From positions 1 to 43,052 of the forward strand of contig JANMFM010000253.1 in the NCBI GenBank assembly GCA_031374125.1: DNA of 43,052 bases, written 5' to 3'. This document shows, piece after piece, positions 39,089-43,052 of this stretch. The position numbers and the translations under genes are program-made. Below the pieces are notes generated by a model that searched no databases, was not told where the DNA came from, and worked only from the letters and a program-made list of their open reading frames with translations. Numbering within the stretch: the first letter of the stretch is position 1; each line of letters starts with the position of its first letter. Source of the DNA: Bdellovibrionales bacterium. GTDB lineage: Bacteria > Bdellovibrionota > Bdellovibrionia > Bdellovibrionales > JAEYZS01.

Positions 39089-39120
39089 GTTACCTCTACA
39101 TAAAGTTTTATTAGAAACGA

Positions 39121-39234
39121 TTAATAAAGATCCTGTGGACCTGATCTCACAATTGCAGTTTGTGTTTTATTAAAAGAGACACTCTTAACTTTTCTTTTTA
39201 ACTTCGTAATCATAGCTCTAATCTCCTTAATCAT
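39121..39234 (-). CDS. Unannotated 37-aa peptide, candidate signal/RiPP precursor
   Basis: MIKEIRAMITKLKRKVKSVSFNKTQTAIVRSGPQDLY. AGGAG lies 6 nt before ATG 39234; a second in-frame ATG (39213) has its own AAGGAG; a sigma54 promoter lies just upstream. Confidence 0.7.
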   Translation of the reverse strand: MIKEIRAMITKLKRKVKSVSFNKTQTAIVRSGPQDLY

Positions 39235-39282
39235 TTGAAACTCCTAGGATGAATGATTTTTTTTGATACCAAGACTTACAAT

Positions 39283-39300
39283 TAGCAATAACTCTGCCAA
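39283..39300 (-). promoter_or_regulatory. Sigma54 promoter driving peptide, kinase and regulator
   Basis: Minus strand TTGGCAGAGTTATTGCTA with exact GG-N10-GC spacing and near-consensus -24 and -12 elements. Confidence 0.8.
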
Positions 39301-39425
39301 TCTTGTGGGCCTAATGTTGTCTATGCAATATTAGTAAATTCATATACTTAATGCATCAAGTTATTTATAAGCATATAAAATCAGTGAGAAATTCGGTGCC
39401 CATTTGGGAATGAATAAATAAGTAA

Positions 39426-39440
39426 GTGTCTGACTGACAC
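39426..39440. promoter_or_regulatory. Candidate enhancer palindrome for the peptide promoter
   Basis: GTGTC-TGACT-GACAC, about 125 bp upstream of the -24 element, with AT-rich intervening DNA. Confidence 0.45.
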
Positions 39441-39511
39441 CAAAACATTTATCTTTGAATACTCTCTCCATGGAAAAAATTCAGATTATGTCCATAAAAC
39501 TTACGATTAAT

Positions 39512-41746
39512 TTATATGGATTTAATCTGGATCTTATCAAGGTCTTTTTTACCAAAAACCTGTGCATTTAGGTCCTTAGCGATTTTAAGAATATCTTCGT
39601 TCGAAGATAAGGTGGTGCATAAAAAAGCATTAAATAAATATTTAGCGCCCTTGTCTGTGGTCATTTGAATTACATCAAACCCTGTTTCGTCTTCGTTTTC
39701 AAAAATCATGTCAGTAATAATCGTATACGGTTGTTCATTGAATAAATTGAATGATCCTTTATCCATTTCATATTTAAAATTTTTAAATGATTCGAAAGAA
39801 ATAAAATTCAATTGGTTATCCTTAAATATTTTTTCCCACAGACTTCTCGTTTCGAAAACATCTTCTATGAGAATTATATTTTTCGCAGTATTGATTTCAA
39901 GGGTTCGTAAATTTGACTTCAGTAAGATAATCTTAAAAATTGTTTTGCCAGGAGTAGACGTGACCAGAGTAATATCTCCTCCGGTTTTCAATAAGGCCTC
40001 TTTCGCTTGAGATAATCCAATTCCAGTTCCAGATTTTTTATCGTATGTGAATCCTAAATCAAAAATATTCTTTTGGATCTCTGAGGGAATGCCTTTGCCT
40101 GTGTCTTCAATGAATATTTGAACACTATCTGGCTCATCAACAACTTCGATATTAATTTTCCCTATAAAACTCATTGCTTCGATGGAGTTGTTAAGAATAT
40201 TTGTTAAGGCTCTTTCAATTTCAGTTTGATCTACTGGAATTAATATATTTTGACAATCATGCTTCAGATGAATGTGAATATTAGAGTGTGTTTGCTTGTA
40301 AGTATTTACTAATTCATTGAGGGTTGAAATTATATCTACAGAAATAGGTTCGTGGACTGTTTCAAACGCTCCAGATTTAAATTTTTTAAGCAATGAGTCT
40401 GCGATATTGTTTATACGAGTAATGGTTTTATCCAAAAGTTTTTGAGCGTCAGGGTTCATTTCAGTGCGAGAAACCATTTTAACTGTTTCGAGAGCCATTA
40501 TTGGGGATTTAATATCGTGAGCTAATTGTGTTGCGATTCGAAAGCCGAGGTCGGCTTTTGCTGATTTTGCATTGATCTTCACTTTATTGATAGCTTTTTC
40601 TTTCTCTTCTTTTGCCAGGAAGAAGTTTTTATCATTTTGTCTCGCAAGGCGGAGAAAAGCGAATGGTATTGTAAGATATTGAAGTAAGAACAGCATCAAT
40701 AATGGATGAGTAGTATCAAGCTGCCAGCTAGTAATTCCAAAAATTAGTAATGGCAATAATATTATAAAAAAGAGTTGTCCAAAGCTAAATAAAAACAGAT
40801 TTTTAGCAGGTAATCTGCTGGCTATGCAAATAAAGAAAAATAAATTAAAAAATGTCCAAATATAGTTATAAGTGACAGGTGGGACTTTTGGATTGTCTTT
40901 TTGAATTAGAGTATCGAATCCGTTTGCGATAGCCTCGTTGACCATCATAGCAAAAACAGAGTGATCATATGGAATTTTTCTATAATCAAACAGATCATCT
41001 TTGGCATTTAAACTTACAATTACAATACTATCTTTGAAAAATGTAGGAGAGATTAGCGCAACATCATCAGCATTATTAACATTTATAGACTCATAACTAT
41101 CTTTTTTGGAGAATCTAGCTTTTACTGCCTCTCGACCATTTTGAAAAAAAGTTCCTTCATACTTTGGGCTTCCAATCACAAGTGTTTGAATAGATTCATT
41201 TGGATTATAATCCACTAGTATTCTTCGCACGACTCCATCCATTGCGCCAGAGACAGTCTCTGTTCCAATTCCTGGGGAGGTTATTCGTAGCTTCGATAGA
41301 GTGGGGTGTTTGTAGACTAAGCTTTGGAATAATGGAAAAGTATTTGGTATATGAAAGAAAACATTTTTATATTTTTTCGTGAATTCTACAAAGTCTGCGA
41401 TGGGATAATCTTTTTCATTGGTGAGTAGATAAAGCGGGTCGTAGGCATATGCGACAATTTTGGCGCCACTACTTACGGCGCTTTCTATGATTGCTTTGTG
41501 AGTTTTGAGGCTAAAATTATGAAAGTAGAGAGAGCTTTTTGAATTTTTCTCAGTAGGCGTAAGATTTATAAGTTTTATATTAGCGCTAGGCGATGTTCTT
41601 TTGAACACAGTGACATGAAAATCATAAAAGAATGCATCAATGCGTGGAAAATCAAATTTCCAAATAACGGCGGTAAGGGCCAAAGAAATTAAAAGATTTA
41701 TGATAATAAAAAGTATAAGTTTGTTTTTTGAATTAAGGCTAGGCAT
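39512..41746 (-). CDS. Second CHASE2 sensor histidine kinase with C-terminal receiver-like domain
   Basis: DGVVRR CHASE2 motif; TM bundle; AHDIKSP; NILNNSIEA, DTGKG, GTGIGL; receiver-like IILIED...IITDM. Confidence 0.82.
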   Translation of the reverse strand: MPSLNSKNKLILFIIINLLISLALTAVIWKFDFPRIDAFFYDFHVTVFKRTSPSANIKLINLTPTEKNSKSSLYFHNFSLKTHKAIIESAVSSGAKIVAYAYDPLYLLTNEKDYPIADFVEFTKKYKNVFFHIPNTFPLFQSLVYKHPTLSKLRITSPGIGTETVSGAMDGVVRRILVDYNPNESIQTLVIGSPKYEGTFFQNGREAVKARFSKKDSYESINVNNADDVALISPTFFKDSIVIVSLNAKDDLFDYRKIPYDHSVFAMMVNEAIANGFDTLIQKDNPKVPPVTYNYIWTFFNLFFFICIASRLPAKNLFLFSFGQLFFIILLPLLIFGITSWQLDTTHPLLMLFLLQYLTIPFAFLRLARQNDKNFFLAKEEKEKAINKVKINAKSAKADLGFRIATQLAHDIKSPIMALETVKMVSRTEMNPDAQKLLDKTITRINNIADSLLKKFKSGAFETVHEPISVDIISTLNELVNTYKQTHSNIHIHLKHDCQNILIPVDQTEIERALTNILNNSIEAMSFIGKINIEVVDEPDSVQIFIEDTGKGIPSEIQKNIFDLGFTYDKKSGTGIGLSQAKEALLKTGGDITLVTSTPGKTIFKIILLKSNLRTLEINTAKNIILIEDVFETRSLWEKIFKDNQLNFISFESFKNFKYEMDKGSFNLFNEQPYTIITDMIFENEDETGFDVIQMTTDKGAKYLFNAFLCTTLSSNEDILKIAKDLNAQVFGKKDLDKIQIKSI

Positions 41747-41807
41747 ACTTAAAAGTAATATTAAATGGTTAAATTGAAAAGAATTAAATAATAATTGTGG
41801 ATGTCAG

Positions 41808-42926
41808 ATGAACTTATTCGGATTTGAATTGTACCAAAAAGCAGGATCAGCGGAAATCAATTATCATAAAGGCTGGTCTTGGAAGCCATCCAGATTGGAA
41901 TTAATTAAAAATCCCAAGAAATTATTAAATTTTAAAAGCACTATGTATACGTTCTTGCCCCAAAAATTTTCCAAAGGTTATATTCTAATTTTATCTAAAA
42001 AAAACACGGCCGTGGGAAGCTTGATTTCTGAGCTTAAAAAGGCAAAGAAGCCATTCCTTTACCTTAATTGGGAGGAGTTAATAGGTGAGGGTATTGTAGA
42101 ATACAATTCAGCTGAAAAAAAATATTTAATCAAATACAAAAATAGCTCTTTCGATTTATCAAAGGTGAAGTCAATTTATTGCGACTATACTAATATTTCT
42201 GAGGTTTTTCATTTTAAAAGATCTAAGTTTTCCAATAAAGAAAAAGTTTTTTTAAGTAGGTGGATAGAGGCTTTGCAAATACTAGAGTATATTCTCAAAG
42301 AAAAAAAATGGTATCCTGCTAAACCCTCCCAAATGAGATATGAGTCGCAAAATAAATTTGGGGAACTTGTTGTGGCCCAAAAGTTAGGAATAAAAGTTCC
42401 GAAAATGATTTATACAAATGATCCGAGAGAGGCACAGAAATTTTTAAAAAATACTCCTTCTATAATAAAAGAATCAGGACTAAAGTTTTTTGAAGATTCA
42501 AAAGGGAATATTCAGATTTTTAAATCAAAAAAAATTGAATTTAATAATAAGAAAATTTCTGACATCCAATCTTCCCCATGTTTTTTTCAGGAATTTATAA
42601 ATAAAAAATTTGATATTCGATCTACAATTGTAGGAAAAAAAGTCCTAAGTGTAAAAATTCAATCTCAAGATAATAAAAAATCTGCGTCTGATTGGCGAGG
42701 CAATGAACATCTAACACCGATGTCTTCATTTGAACTGCCAGCTGCTTTAGAAAAGAAACTGATCCAGCTTCAAAAAATACTAGGGTTTGAGCTATCTAGC
42801 TTTGATCTTGTCGTCGATGACAAGAATAATTATTTTCTTTTAGAAATGAATCGCCCAGGACAATGGCTATTTATGGAAGCTTTGGCAGGTGTTCCAATTT
42901 CAAAAACCTTAGCTTCTAATCTTTAA
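41808..42926 (+). CDS. MvdC/MvdD-like (RimK superfamily) ATP-grasp peptide maturase
   Basis: NKxxxL..A..LG..VP, FFQEFINKKFDIRSTIVG, IQSQ...DWR and FDL...YFLLEMNRPGQWLFME match graspetide synthetase motifs. Confidence 0.8.
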   Translation: MNLFGFELYQKAGSAEINYHKGWSWKPSRLELIKNPKKLLNFKSTMYTFLPQKFSKGYILILSKKNTAVGSLISELKKAKKPFLYLNWEELIGEGIVEYNSAEKKYLIKYKNSSFDLSKVKSIYCDYTNISEVFHFKRSKFSNKEKVFLSRWIEALQILEYILKEKKWYPAKPSQMRYESQNKFGELVVAQKLGIKVPKMIYTNDPREAQKFLKNTPSIIKESGLKFFEDSKGNIQIFKSKKIEFNNKKISDIQSSPCFFQEFINKKFDIRSTIVGKKVLSVKIQSQDNKKSASDWRGNEHLTPMSSFELPAALEKKLIQLQKILGFELSSFDLVVDDKNNYFLLEMNRPGQWLFMEALAGVPISKTLASNL

Positions 42927-43052
42927 AGATCAGTTGAATAGGTTCCAGTGGGCGCTTTTCGTCTTCTGGGACGTTCATGGCTTTTTGGTCTTCGACTGAG
43001 ATTTCTCTCGCTTCTGTATCTTCCGGTAATTCGAAATCCACTGCGGGTAAGT
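42916..43052 (-). CDS. Acidic C-terminal fragment of a gene entering from beyond the window
   Basis: Open frame ...LPAVDFELPEDTEAREISVEDQKAMNVPEDEKRPLEPIQLIFKD*, convergent with and slightly overlapping the ATP-grasp gene. Confidence 0.45.
   Translation of the reverse strand, partial: LPAVDFELPEDTEAREISVEDQKAMNVPEDEKRPLEPIQLIFKD

Noticed and set aside
42916-43052. Acidic ORF fragment as the ATP-grasp substrate
   Set aside because: It is convergent rather than co-transcribed, lacks repeated Thr/Ser-Asp/Glu cores and is truncated, so it cannot be evaluated.

Overview
This is a chromosomal window from an AT-rich bacterium. Gene content suggests Bdellovibrionota (inference). In order it holds: the end of a DciA-like gene; an M23 peptidase and mlaDFE plus a lipoprotein (minus strand); a sigma54-promoted flagellar operon (TPR protein, receiver-less enhancer-binding protein, flgBC-fliEFGHIJ-motE-fliK-flgD-TIGR02530-flgE); secreted ankyrin and protease genes; pfkA; an AAA ATPase; HU; yacG; ileS-lspA with two lgt paralogs; and a signalling cluster at the right end. 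The top finding is at 35.7-42.9 kb. An unannotated 37-aa peptide ORF (39121-39234, ending ...VRSGPQDLY) has its own near-consensus sigma54 promoter and lies directly upstream of a CHASE2 histidine kinase and an NtrC-type sigma54 regulator. A second CHASE2 hybrid kinase and a divergent MvdC/MvdD-type ATP-grasp peptide macrocyclase lie next to it. The layout suggests an agr-like autoinducing loop using a graspetide signal (inference). The second finding is a five-copy covarying hairpin (TAGTTGTCGC-loop-GCGRCRCTGAG) in flagellar intergenic regions, mostly abutting ribosome binding sites. A sigma28-promoted 22-aa membrane peptide was also found. No tRNA, rRNA, CRISPR array or transposase was seen.
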